Assembly: GCA_963777605.1 (NCBI GenBank)
Contig: CAVZRV010000010.1
Coordinates: forward strand, 224,001-288,000
Source: an uncultured Acidobacteriota bacterium
GTDB taxonomy: Bacteria > Acidobacteriota > UBA6911 > RPQK01 > JAPXNP01
DNA length: 64,000 nt
Reading direction: 5' to 3'
Shown here: positions 38,263-47,425 of the stretch, in pieces
Numbering within the stretch: the first letter of the stretch is position 1
How the letters are laid out: each line of letters opens with the position of its first letter
The notes under the pieces: generated by a model
What the model was told of the DNA's origin: nothing
What the model saw: the letters and a program-made list of their open reading frames with translations, nothing else
Database searches by the model: none
Translations under genes and position numbers: made by a program

Positions 38263-39639
38263 ATGTCAACCTCAACCGAAATCAAAGAAATCAAGCCGGA
38301 GCAGATTCGTCCCGACGACTTGGACGAACATGAGATGCTTCTCAATATCGGTCCCTCGCACCCGGCCATGCATGGAGTCATCCGGATCCGGACCTTGCTC
38401 GACGGGGAAATGGTTCGGGACGCCGACATCGATATCGGCTACCTGCACCGCGGGTTCGAGAAACACTGCGAAAGCGGTTCATACACCCAGTGCTTCCCGT
38501 ACACCGATCGCCTCAACTATGTTTCACCCCTGATCAACAACTTCGGGTTTGCGCTGACCGTCGAGAAGTTGATGGGGCTCGAGGTCCCGGAACGGTGTCA
38601 GTTCATCCGCGTTATCATGAGCGAGCTTTCGCGGATCGGCGACCACCTGACCTGCATCGGTGCATCGACAATGGAGCTCGGTGCCATGACCGCCTTTCTC
38701 TACATGATGAAGGCACGGGAATGGCTCTGGGAACTGGTCGAAGGCGTAACCGGGGCTCGCCTGACGATCTCGTACGCCCGCATCGGTGGCGTCAAGGGCG
38801 ACTTACCCGAAGGGTTCGAAGACCGCTGCCGCATCGTCCTGGACAAGGTCTGGGACGTAATCGACGAAATCGATGTTCTGGTTACGCGCAACCGCATCTT
38901 CTATGACCGGCTTCGCGACATCGGTGTCATCAGCCAGGAAGATGCCCTCAACTACGGGATCACCGGTCCCTTCCTGCGCTCGACCGGCTGCGACTACGAT
39001 GTCCGCAAGGCCTTTCCCTACCACGCTTACGATCAGGTCGAATTCGACGTTCCGGTCGGCGAGCGGGGGGACAACTATGATCGCTATCTGGTCCGCATGG
39101 AGGAAATGCGGCAGTCGATTCGGATCGTCCGCCAGGCGCTGGACAAACTCCCTGGCGGTCCGACCAACGTTGACCCGGAGGGACGCATTATCGAGCCCAG
39201 TCTGATGGCCGACCTGGGCAAGTTCGGAAAGACCGGTGGGTTGCTCAGGAACGAGGTCCTGATTGAACCGACGCTGGAGGGAGCCCAGAAGAAATTCCAC
39301 GATCGCGTCCGGGCCGACAGCCGGGAAGCATGGCTTCCGGCCAAAGAGCAGGTCTATTCCAACATTGAAGCGCTGATGAACCACTTCAAGATCATCATGC
39401 TCGGCCACGGGGTTCGCCCGCCGAAAGGCGAGGCTTACGGTTTCGTGGAAGGGGCCAACGGCGAACTCGGCTTCTACGTGGTCAGTGACGGCACCGACAA
39501 GGCTTGGCGTGTCCGCTGCCATCCCCCCTGTTTCCCGATCATGGGCGGCCTTCACGAAGTCCTGAAAGGCGACCAGATTGCGGACATCATTGCGACGTTC
39601 GGCTCAGTGAACATGATTGCTGGAGAGCTTGACCGATGA
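38263..39639 (+). CDS. nuoD: NADH-quinone oxidoreductase subunit D
   Basis: NIGPSHPAMHGV, GYLHRGFEK, DRLNY, ends GELDR. Confidence 0.97.
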   Translation: MSTSTEIKEIKPEQIRPDDLDEHEMLLNIGPSHPAMHGVIRIRTLLDGEMVRDADIDIGYLHRGFEKHCESGSYTQCFPYTDRLNYVSPLINNFGFALTVEKLMGLEVPERCQFIRVIMSELSRIGDHLTCIGASTMELGAMTAFLYMMKAREWLWELVEGVTGARLTISYARIGGVKGDLPEGFEDRCRIVLDKVWDVIDEIDVLVTRNRIFYDRLRDIGVISQEDALNYGITGPFLRSTGCDYDVRKAFPYHAYDQVEFDVPVGERGDNYDRYLVRMEEMRQSIRIVRQALDKLPGGPTNVDPEGRIIEPSLMADLGKFGKTGGLLRNEVLIEPTLEGAQKKFHDRVRADSREAWLPAKEQVYSNIEALMNHFKIIMLGHGVRPPKGEAYGFVEGANGELGFYVVSDGTDKAWRVRCHPPCFPIMGGLHEVLKGDQIADIIATFGSVNMIAGELDR

Positions 39640-40118
39640 ACACATTCCAGTTCACGCCGGAAAACCAGAAACGATTTGAAGAGATTTTGAGCCGGTACCC
39701 GCGAAAACGGGCCGCCATGCTGCCGGCGCTGCACCTGGCTCAGGAACAGAACGGCTTCATCAGCCCCGAGGTGGAACAGTTCGTTGCGGACCAGCTCGAA
39801 GTCCCTGTCGTTGACGTACGTGAGGTCCTCAGTTTCTATACCCTTTTCTTCGACAAGGAGATGGGCCGGCACCACATTCGAGTCTGCTGCAGCCTGTCGT
39901 GTTGGCTGAAGGGAAGCGACGAGGTCACCGCTTACCTCAGGGAAAAGCTTGGCTTCGAGGACGGAGAGGTTTCGGAGGACGGGCGGCTCAGCTGGGAGAC
40001 CGTCCCAGATTGCCTGGGAGCCTGTGAAATTGCCCCGATGATGCAGGTCGACAAGTACTTCGAGGGAGACCTGACCCGCGAGAAGATCGACGAAATTGTG
40101 AAAAAGCTGATGGATTGA
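39636..40118 (+). CDS. nuoE: NADH-quinone oxidoreductase subunit E
   Basis: LP.LH.AQ, SFYTLF, VC.SLSC.L.G, CLGAC..APMM. Confidence 0.95.
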   Translation: MNTFQFTPENQKRFEEILSRYPRKRAAMLPALHLAQEQNGFISPEVEQFVADQLEVPVVDVREVLSFYTLFFDKEMGRHHIRVCCSLSCWLKGSDEVTAYLREKLGFEDGEVSEDGRLSWETVPDCLGACEIAPMMQVDKYFEGDLTREKIDEIVKKLMD

Positions 40119-40141
40119 GAAAGCAGCGGGATTCGCGAATC

Positions 40142-41437
40142 ATGCCAATTGTAAAGGTCTTATCGGAATTTTTTGGAGTCGAAGAAGCGCGCAACCTCCA
40201 GTGGCGGCTGAAACATGGCGGCTACGAAAACGCACGCAAGGTAATCCGGGAGATGACTCCGCAGGACGTCATCGACGAGGTCAGCAAGTCGAACCTTCGC
40301 GGTTTGGGAGGGGCGGGCTTTCCGACCGGTCGAAAGTGGAGTTTTGTCCCCAAGGACACCGACAAACCCAAGTACCTGGCTGTCAACTTTGACGAGGCGG
40401 AACCCGGGACCTTCAAGGACCGGTACATCGGGGAGTGGGACCCTCATCGGCTCATCGAGGGAATTATCATCTGCTGTTATGCTGTCGGGATCCACAAAGC
40501 CTACATTTACATCCGCGGCGAGTACGTCCGTCCCTACGAACGACTCCAGAAGGCAGTCGCGGAGGCCTACGAAGCCGGCATTATCGGCCCCAGGATGCTC
40601 GGCAGCGATTTCAAGCTCGACATTACCATGCACCGGGGCGCGGGCGCCTATATTTGCGGCGAGGAAACCGGCCTGCTCTCTTCCCTCGAGGGAAAGAAAG
40701 GCTGGCCCCGACTGAAACCGCCGTTTCCGGCGCTGGTCGGCCTGTTTGACTGCCCAACGGTCATCAACAATGTAGAAACGTTGAGCCACCTGCCCAAGAT
40801 TATCGAGAACGGGCCCCAGTGGTTCATCGACCTGGGTTGCGAGCGCAATGGCGGAACCCGCCTTTTTTCCCTCTCCGGAAAGGTCAAAAAGCCGGGAGTT
40901 TACGAACTGCCGATGGGCACCCCGTTCCGCGAGTTGATTTTCGAGCATGGGGGCGGCATCCTCGGCGACAAGAAACTCAAGGCGTTCATCCCGGGAGGAA
41001 CTTCCGCAGCGGTCCTCACCGCCGACGAGGTCGACACCCCGATGACGTTCGACGCCCTGGCCAAGTTGAAGTCGATGCTGGGTTCAGGAGCCGTCATCGT
41101 CATGGACGAGGATGTGTGCATGGTCCGGACCCTCCACAACATCGAGCACTTCTTCGCCCACGAGTCCTGTGGGCAGTGCACCCCGTGTCGGGAAGGCACC
41201 GGCTGGATCTACCGCATTCTCTCCCGGATTGTCCGGGGTCAGGGAGTCCCGTCCGATCTGGAAACCCTCCACCACATCGTGGGTAACATGGGCGGCACCA
41301 GTATCTGCGCGCTCTGCGAAGGAGCGGCCATGCCCATGCGGAGTTTCCTCGGCAAGTTTTCCGAGGAATTCGAGTATTTCGTAAAGCACAAGCGCTCCAT
41401 GGTTGAAGACCGTGTGAGAGCTCAAGCCACGGCCTGA
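40142..41437 (+). CDS. nuoF: NADH-quinone oxidoreductase subunit F
   Basis: LRGLGGAGFPTG.KW, DE.EPGTFKDR, GAGAYICGEET, ESCGQCTPCREG. Confidence 0.97.
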   Translation: MPIVKVLSEFFGVEEARNLQWRLKHGGYENARKVIREMTPQDVIDEVSKSNLRGLGGAGFPTGRKWSFVPKDTDKPKYLAVNFDEAEPGTFKDRYIGEWDPHRLIEGIIICCYAVGIHKAYIYIRGEYVRPYERLQKAVAEAYEAGIIGPRMLGSDFKLDITMHRGAGAYICGEETGLLSSLEGKKGWPRLKPPFPALVGLFDCPTVINNVETLSHLPKIIENGPQWFIDLGCERNGGTRLFSLSGKVKKPGVYELPMGTPFRELIFEHGGGILGDKKLKAFIPGGTSAAVLTADEVDTPMTFDALAKLKSMLGSGAVIVMDEDVCMVRTLHNIEHFFAHESCGQCTPCREGTGWIYRILSRIVRGQGVPSDLETLHHIVGNMGGTSICALCEGAAMPMRSFLGKFSEEFEYFVKHKRSMVEDRVRAQATA

Positions 41438-41450
41438 AAGCGAAACCGTT

Positions 41451-43028
41451 ATGCCGACGATCACAATCGATGGAATAGAAGTTACAGTTGAGCCGGGGAC
41501 GACCGTCATCCAGGCGGCGGAAAAGGCCGGCATCTTCATTCCCCGTTACTGTTACCATCCCGGGCTTTCGATAGCTGGAAGCTGCCGGATGTGCCTGGTC
41601 GAGGTCGAAAACATTCCGGTGCTGCAGATCGCCTGCTATTCACGGGTCCAGGACGGGATGAAGGTGACGACCGACTCGGAGGCGGTCAAGAAGGCCCGCC
41701 AGGGGATGCTCGAGTTCCTTCTATCCGACCACCCGCTGGATTGCCCAGTCTGTGACCAGTCCGGGGAATGCGACCTACAGAACTTCTACATGGAACACGG
41801 CCGCTATCAGAGCCTATTCATGGAGAATAAGATCAAGCGGAAGAAGGCGTTCCCGATCGGTCCGCACGTGCTGCTCGACCAGGAGCGCTGCATTCTTTGC
41901 ACCCGTTGCGTCCGATTTTCCGACGAGGTTTCGAAAACCTCCGAACTGGGCGTCATCAATCGTGGAGACCGCTCCTGCATCGACCTTTTTCCCGGCAAGA
42001 CTCTTGACAATCCCTACTCGGGCAACGTCATCGACATTTGCCCGGTGGGCGCTCTGACGGAGCGGGAATTCCGATTTCAGTGCCGGGTCTGGTATCTCTC
42101 CACGCAAGACTCCATCTGCACCGGTTGTGCGCGTGGCTGCAACATTCGGATCCACTACAACAAGGACCGGGCGTACAAGGCGAATGGCCGGCGTGTCATG
42201 AGAATCAAGCCCCGCTTCAACCGGGATGTGAATCAGTGGTGGATCTGTGACAAAGGGCGCTTCGACTATCGATTCATCGATGAAAACCGGATTGAGTTTC
42301 CGTACGCGAGACAGGACGGGCAGCTCCGGCCTTCCGACTGGGACTCCACGATAGCAGCGGCTGCGCGCAGGATCCGGTCCAACATCGACGAGCACGGCAT
42401 CGATTCCGTTGCCGTGCTGGTTTCGCCGCAGCTTTCGAACGAGGAATTGCTGGCAACGCGTCAGCTCTTCGTGGAAGGCCTGGGAATTACCAAAACCGCC
42501 CTTTCGAACCCGTGGGAAGAACCGGGTCCCGAAGACGACATTCTTCGCCGGGCCGACCAGAACCCAAATACGGCCGGAGCCAAACAGGTCGGCTTCTCCG
42601 GGGATTGTGGAACTCTGCTCAAGGAGGCGGCCGCAGGAACGGTCAAACTCCTCTATGTTTTCCGCCACGACCTGGGTGACGCCGAAGCGCGGGACCTTCT
42701 CCAGAAGGCCGACACGGTGATCTTCCAGGGGGTGAACTGGAACGGGACCGCGGAACTGGCAGACCTCGTCCTTGCGGGAGCGACCCACGCCGAGAAAAGC
42801 GGAACATTCGTCAATTTTGAAGGTCGTCTACAGCGGTTCAATCAGGCGCTCGCCCCCCTTGAAGATAGCCTTGAGGATCTCGATATTCTCAAGCGCCTCG
42901 GGGCCGCCCTAAACGTCCAGGTCTCTTCCGGCCCGGATGATCTCCTTAAGGGGTGGCTCGGTGTCGATGCCGAAGAAATTGGAACCGGAGGCGTCCCGCT
43001 GACCAGCATTGAGGCAGTAAGGGCTTAA
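41451..43028 (+). CDS. nuoG: NADH-quinone oxidoreductase subunit G (short, 525 aa)
   Basis: PRYCYH..GSCRMCLVE, HPLDCPVCDQSGEC.LQ, RCILCTRCVRF, CPVGAL, CTGCARGC..C. Confidence 0.93.
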   Translation: MPTITIDGIEVTVEPGTTVIQAAEKAGIFIPRYCYHPGLSIAGSCRMCLVEVENIPVLQIACYSRVQDGMKVTTDSEAVKKARQGMLEFLLSDHPLDCPVCDQSGECDLQNFYMEHGRYQSLFMENKIKRKKAFPIGPHVLLDQERCILCTRCVRFSDEVSKTSELGVINRGDRSCIDLFPGKTLDNPYSGNVIDICPVGALTEREFRFQCRVWYLSTQDSICTGCARGCNIRIHYNKDRAYKANGRRVMRIKPRFNRDVNQWWICDKGRFDYRFIDENRIEFPYARQDGQLRPSDWDSTIAAAARRIRSNIDEHGIDSVAVLVSPQLSNEELLATRQLFVEGLGITKTALSNPWEEPGPEDDILRRADQNPNTAGAKQVGFSGDCGTLLKEAAAGTVKLLYVFRHDLGDAEARDLLQKADTVIFQGVNWNGTAELADLVLAGATHAEKSGTFVNFEGRLQRFNQALAPLEDSLEDLDILKRLGAALNVQVSSGPDDLLKGWLGVDAEEIGTGGVPLTSIEAVRA

Positions 43029-43047
43029 CCGGACAGGGATTGCACGC

Positions 43048-44130
43048 ATGGAATACTACCTTTTTGACGTCGGCAAGGTCCTATTTCTCTTCTCTGTAGT
43101 GATGGGACTGGCGTCGATCCTCACGTGGATGGAGCGTAAACAGAGTGCTGTCATGCAGGACAGAATCGGTGCCAACCGCGCCGACATCCTGGGTTTCCGC
43201 CTGCTTGGCCTGGTCCACATCCTGGCGGACGGCATCAAGATGTTCACCAAGGAAGACTTTGTGCCGGCTCGTGCGAACCGTTTTCTGCACACCGTGGCAC
43301 CGATGGTATCTCTCTTCTTTGCCTTGATCAGTTTCGCGGCCATCCCGTTTGGGGGCGTCTACAACATCGGGGGGTACACGATCTCCTTTCAGGTCTTCGA
43401 CGTCAACGTCGGACTGCTCTACGTCTTCGCGATGATGAGCATGGGGATCTACGGTTTTGTCCTCGCCGGCTGGGCCTCGGCCAACAACTTCGCCCTCCTG
43501 GGAGGCATTCGCGCCTCGGGGCAGATGATCTCCTACGAGATCACCATGGGGGCGACGGTAATTGGCGCGATTATGGTGTACGGGGCTCTCAACCTTCAGG
43601 AGATCGTCCAATACCAGGGTCAGATGGCCTGGGGATGGATTCCGATGTGGGGAGTGCTCCTCCAGCCGGTAGGCTGCCTTCTCTTTCTGACTGCCGCCAT
43701 GGCCGAAACCAAGCGCGTCCCTTTTGACATCCCGGAGGGAGAATCGGAGATCATCGGGTACTTCGTTGAGTACAGCGGAATGCGCTTCGGGATGTTCTTT
43801 TTCACCGACTTCATCGAGACGATCCTGGCGTCGGTCTTGACCGTGACTCTTTTCTTCGGGGGTTGGCAGGTCCCCTTCCTCACCTCAACCGGCTTTGAGT
43901 TCCCGTGGGGGATGTCCATTGCGGTGCCGGTCGTGATTGTGATGCTCCTGCAGGTCGGCGCTTTTCTTTTCAAGGTCTTCCTGGGCTGTTTCTTACTCCT
44001 GCTGGTTCGCTGGACGCTGCCTCGGTTCCGTTGGGATCAGCTCATGCGGCTCGGCTGGACGATCATGCTTCCGTTGTCGATTCTGAATATTGTCGTTACG
44101 GGCTTGGTCCTTTTGATACTCGAGAGCTAG
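43048..44130 (+). CDS. nuoH: NADH-quinone oxidoreductase subunit H
   Basis: ERK...QDRIG.NR, ADGIK..KED, AET.R.PFD.PE.ESE, EYSG, R.TLPRFR.DQLM. Confidence 0.97.
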   Translation: MEYYLFDVGKVLFLFSVVMGLASILTWMERKQSAVMQDRIGANRADILGFRLLGLVHILADGIKMFTKEDFVPARANRFLHTVAPMVSLFFALISFAAIPFGGVYNIGGYTISFQVFDVNVGLLYVFAMMSMGIYGFVLAGWASANNFALLGGIRASGQMISYEITMGATVIGAIMVYGALNLQEIVQYQGQMAWGWIPMWGVLLQPVGCLLFLTAAMAETKRVPFDIPEGESEIIGYFVEYSGMRFGMFFFTDFIETILASVLTVTLFFGGWQVPFLTSTGFEFPWGMSIAVPVVIVMLLQVGAFLFKVFLGCFLLLLVRWTLPRFRWDQLMRLGWTIMLPLSILNIVVTGLVLLILES

Positions 44131-44134
44131 GAAT

Positions 44135-44704
44135 ATGGCAATCAAGGTAGAAGAACGAGAACTCTCGCTGGTCGAGAGGTTGTACATAAGAGAAGTGGTC
44201 ATGGGCCTCGCCGTTACAATGGGCCACTTCGTTCGCAACCTGAGCGTCCACATTGCTCACCTCTTTGGCATGGCCAAGGGCAAGCGGGGTGCCGAAACTT
44301 ACAAGTACCCTGAAGAACGGCGACCGCTGGCACCGAGGCTTCGGACCCTGCATCGCCTGACCCGGCGTCCTGACGGGGCCCCCCGCTGCGTGGCCTGCAT
44401 GATGTGCGAGACGGTTTGCCCGGCACACTGCATCTACATCGTGGCCGGCGAGCATCCCAACCCGCAGATCGAGAAATACCCGGTTCGGTTCGACATCGAT
44501 CTGGGCCTTTGCGTGTTTTGCGGATACTGTGTGGAAGCCTGCCCCGAAGACGCTATCCGGATGGACACCGGCGTTCTGGAGTTCTCCTCCTACTCCCGAG
44601 AAGGCATGGTGCTCGACATGCGGGAGCTTCTCTCACGGTCGGAAACCCCGAAACAGGCACCGGAGACCGAGCAGATTTACGCCACCACAAAGAAGATTCA
44701 GTAG
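44135..44704 (+). CDS. nuoI: NADH-quinone oxidoreductase subunit I
   Basis: YPEE, CVACMMCETVCP, CVFCGYCVEACP. Confidence 0.96.
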   Translation: MAIKVEERELSLVERLYIREVVMGLAVTMGHFVRNLSVHIAHLFGMAKGKRGAETYKYPEERRPLAPRLRTLHRLTRRPDGAPRCVACMMCETVCPAHCIYIVAGEHPNPQIEKYPVRFDIDLGLCVFCGYCVEACPEDAIRMDTGVLEFSSYSREGMVLDMRELLSRSETPKQAPETEQIYATTKKIQ

Positions 44705-44802
44705 GCATCGTGCTGGTGGCGCCCACCTGGCTTGAAGGACCCGGTCGGACTCGGCTGACCTGACCGGTCGGGCGTAGCTCGACCCGCTTCTCCCCTCTGT
44801 TC

Positions 44803-45801
44803 CTACAGGGATCCCACGTGTTCGATAATCTGAACGGGGACCGGCATGAAGGTCACGACGAAAATTACCAGAGCCAGCAATGCCAGCCACTTTCGGCCCG
44901 ACCCGAGTTCGGAAAAATTATTGTAGGGCTCGGGATGCCTGAACCGCAGAAAGAGCAGCAGCAGGGCAAACACCTGGTAGCCAAGCACCGGCCAGGAGAG
45001 AAATCCCAAACCGACCAGGGCCGCAAACGTGCAGTAGGACACGATCCGATGAGCCCGGGCACCGAAGAGGGCGTAGACGACGTGGCCGCCGTCCAACTGT
45101 CCCACCGGCAGCAAGTTGATACTGGTGGCCAGCAGGCCGAACCAGGCGGCCCACCCGATCGGATGAAGCCGGATGAAAGCCGGGTCCCCGCTGAAGAACA
45201 GGTTGACCATCAGTCTGAAGACCAGCGGCTCGCCAAATTGAAGTCCGGCATCGATAGATTCGAACCCGTGGAACTCGGTTGAGAGGGCAATGCCCAGAGC
45301 AAGAAGCGGCAGAAGCACGGTGAAACCCGCCAGTGGCCCGGCGATGCCGACGTCGAAAAGTTCGCGACGGTTCTTGAAGAGAGACTTGATCCGAATCACG
45401 GCTCCAAAGGTGCCGAAGAACATGATCGGCGGCGGGGCCGGAATAACGTACGGCAGGCTGGCGTTGATTCCATAACGGCGACAGGTCAGGTAGTGACCCA
45501 TCTCGTGCGACAGCAGAAATGCAAGAATCGCCAGCGCATAGGGCGCACCGGCCAGAATTCCCAACGGGTTGTGAAGCAGGCCGTAGATTTGAGCCATCGC
45601 CTCCTCACCCGACTGGGTCGAAAACTCGAGATCGAGAAGGAAGCCGGCCACCAGGGTCGTCAGAACCGTGATCACCAACAGCACGCCGGCCAGGGTGCGC
45701 TTGGGCCTCGGTTCCGGAATTGTGTAAGGTTCGACAGGAACGAAGCTTCCGACGGACCGACTCGGGAAGCCCTCAGTCGAAGGGGAGAAATCGCCTTCCA
45801 A
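44803..45801 (-). CDS. Site-2 protease (M50) family membrane metalloprotease
   Basis: HEMGH, GTFGAVI, DVGIAGPLAG, NLLPVGQLDGGH. Confidence 0.93.
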   Translation of the reverse strand: MEGDFSPSTEGFPSRSVGSFVPVEPYTIPEPRPKRTLAGVLLVITVLTTLVAGFLLDLEFSTQSGEEAMAQIYGLLHNPLGILAGAPYALAILAFLLSHEMGHYLTCRRYGINASLPYVIPAPPPIMFFGTFGAVIRIKSLFKNRRELFDVGIAGPLAGFTVLLPLLALGIALSTEFHGFESIDAGLQFGEPLVFRLMVNLFFSGDPAFIRLHPIGWAAWFGLLATSINLLPVGQLDGGHVVYALFGARAHRIVSYCTFAALVGLGFLSWPVLGYQVFALLLLFLRFRHPEPYNNFSELGSGRKWLALLALVIFVVTFMPVPVQIIEHVGSL

Positions 45802-45807
45802 ATCGAA

Positions 45808-46077
45808 TTACTCAGTGAATCGAATTTCTTTGCCGGGTTTGAATCGCACCGTCTTCCCCGGAGGAATCGGAACTTCCGCGCCAGTCCTCGGATTTCGTCC
45901 AATCCCGCTCTTGCGGGGTTTGACGACAAAAACACCGAAGCCGCGCAACTCAATCCGCTCGCCATTCTTGAGCGCATCCTTTAGGGAATCAAAAAAGGCG
46001 TCTACCGCGATCTCAGCTTTAACCTTCGTAATTTCGTTCTTTTCCGATACCCGAGCGACTATGTCCTGCTTTACCAC
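45808..46077 (-). CDS. HU/IHF family DNA-binding protein
   Basis: IELRGFGVF, GRNPRTG, FKPGK. Confidence 0.95.
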   Translation of the reverse strand: MVKQDIVARVSEKNEITKVKAEIAVDAFFDSLKDALKNGERIELRGFGVFVVKPRKSGIGRNPRTGAEVPIPPGKTVRFKPGKEIRFTE

Positions 46078-46091
46078 CGTTGCGTTCCTTC

Positions 46092-46526
46092 CTAACCTGT
46101 TAAAAAGACTATACTTTCATTCTCGCCCAAATTCAAGGTCGCCGAGGGGCTGGGCGGGGCACCCAGGCCCCGGCCCCGACGATTGCAGTACGGGCAACGA
46201 AACTCAAGCAAGTTCCCCTCAAATTCGGCGTAATTGACCCGGCAATCATCCATCGGACACCGGGGAGGCCTGCCCAGTCGAACGCATTCCTGAAGATACG
46301 CCAGGTGAAGGGGTTCCCATTGATCCACTGCGTCCGGAATGCGCCAGTGCCCGGTCGCATCGCAGCCGGAACAGCAGAGGTCCAGAGCAACCGACGGACG
46401 TTCCGAGTAATCGAGAGAAACCGCCACGTCTTCGCCGCAATGTATGCAGCAAGGAGGCTCGGTCAAAGAGAAGTAGTCTCGAACCAGTGCCTCAACTTCT
46501 TCTGAATGGTACGTTGTCTGATTCAA
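46092..46526 (-). CDS. Hypothetical protein with two putative zinc-ribbon units
   Basis: CIHC, CSGC, CPMDDC, CPYC; ATGA overlap with nfo. Confidence 0.7.
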   Translation of the reverse strand: MNQTTYHSEEVEALVRDYFSLTEPPCCIHCGEDVAVSLDYSERPSVALDLCCSGCDATGHWRIPDAVDQWEPLHLAYLQECVRLGRPPRCPMDDCRVNYAEFEGNLLEFRCPYCNRRGRGLGAPPSPSATLNLGENESIVFLTG

Positions 46527-47395
46527 ATGCCGCCATCCTTGTCGATCAACGAACGGAGAGTGGCGAGGTTGCGCCGGTCGTGCTCGCCATCGTCCCCCTT
46601 GGGGGTTTCCAGCATCTTCGGGATGGAAGCAAGGACGGAATTGTTCATAATCCAGGAAAATCCATCCAGTCCAATCTGTCCGTCGCCAATATGGTCGTGC
46701 CGATCAACGCGACTGCCCAGTTCCCGCTTACTGTCGTTGACGTGGAGAACTCGCAGCTGATCCAACCCGATTACCAGGTCGAACTCCTGAAAGGTTGTCT
46801 CGCACCCTTCGCGGCTGCGCAATTCGTAACCGGCTGCGAAGACATGACAGGTGTCCAGGCAGACAGCCATACGGTCGGGGCAGGAGCAGCCCGCCAGGAT
46901 ATCGCGAAGGTGCTCGAATCGGTGTCCGAGCGTGGTTCCCTGGCCCGCGGTCGTCTCAACCGCTACCTTCACCGAAGTATCCCCGAGCCGGTCGAAGATT
47001 TCCTCAAATGAAGCAATCACCCGCTCCACTCCTTCCTGTTCCCCTTCGCCCATGTGGGCACCGGGATGGGTAACCAGGTAGTCGAGCCCGAGGCGGTTCG
47101 AGCGGTCCATTTCATCGATGAAGGCAGCGATGCTCCGTTCCCGCAGACCTGGATCGGGTGAAGCCAGGTTGATCAGGTAGGAATCGTGGCCCACGACCGA
47201 CTCAAGAGCCGACTCGCGATACTCTTGCTGAAACTCCTCGACCTCTTCTTGAGAGAGTTCTTTCACTTTCCACCGGCTGGGGTTCTTGACAAATATCTGC
47301 AGCACCCGGCAACCGACTTCGGTCGCTCGCCCGATCGAGCGGGAAACTCCGCCCGCGATCGACATGTGTGCCCCCAGGAGACCGTTCTCGTTCAC
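46523..47395 (-). CDS. nfo: Endonuclease IV
   Basis: GAHMSIAGG, H.SYLINLAS, HPG, ETTAGQG, DTCH.FAAG, H.NDSK, DRH, ETP. Confidence 0.97.
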   Translation of the reverse strand: MNENGLLGAHMSIAGGVSRSIGRATEVGCRVLQIFVKNPSRWKVKELSQEEVEEFQQEYRESALESVVGHDSYLINLASPDPGLRERSIAAFIDEMDRSNRLGLDYLVTHPGAHMGEGEQEGVERVIASFEEIFDRLGDTSVKVAVETTAGQGTTLGHRFEHLRDILAGCSCPDRMAVCLDTCHVFAAGYELRSREGCETTFQEFDLVIGLDQLRVLHVNDSKRELGSRVDRHDHIGDGQIGLDGFSWIMNNSVLASIPKMLETPKGDDGEHDRRNLATLRSLIDKDGGI

Positions 47396-47425
47396 TTTGC
47401 CCTCGATAAAGCGGTTGGGATTGCC

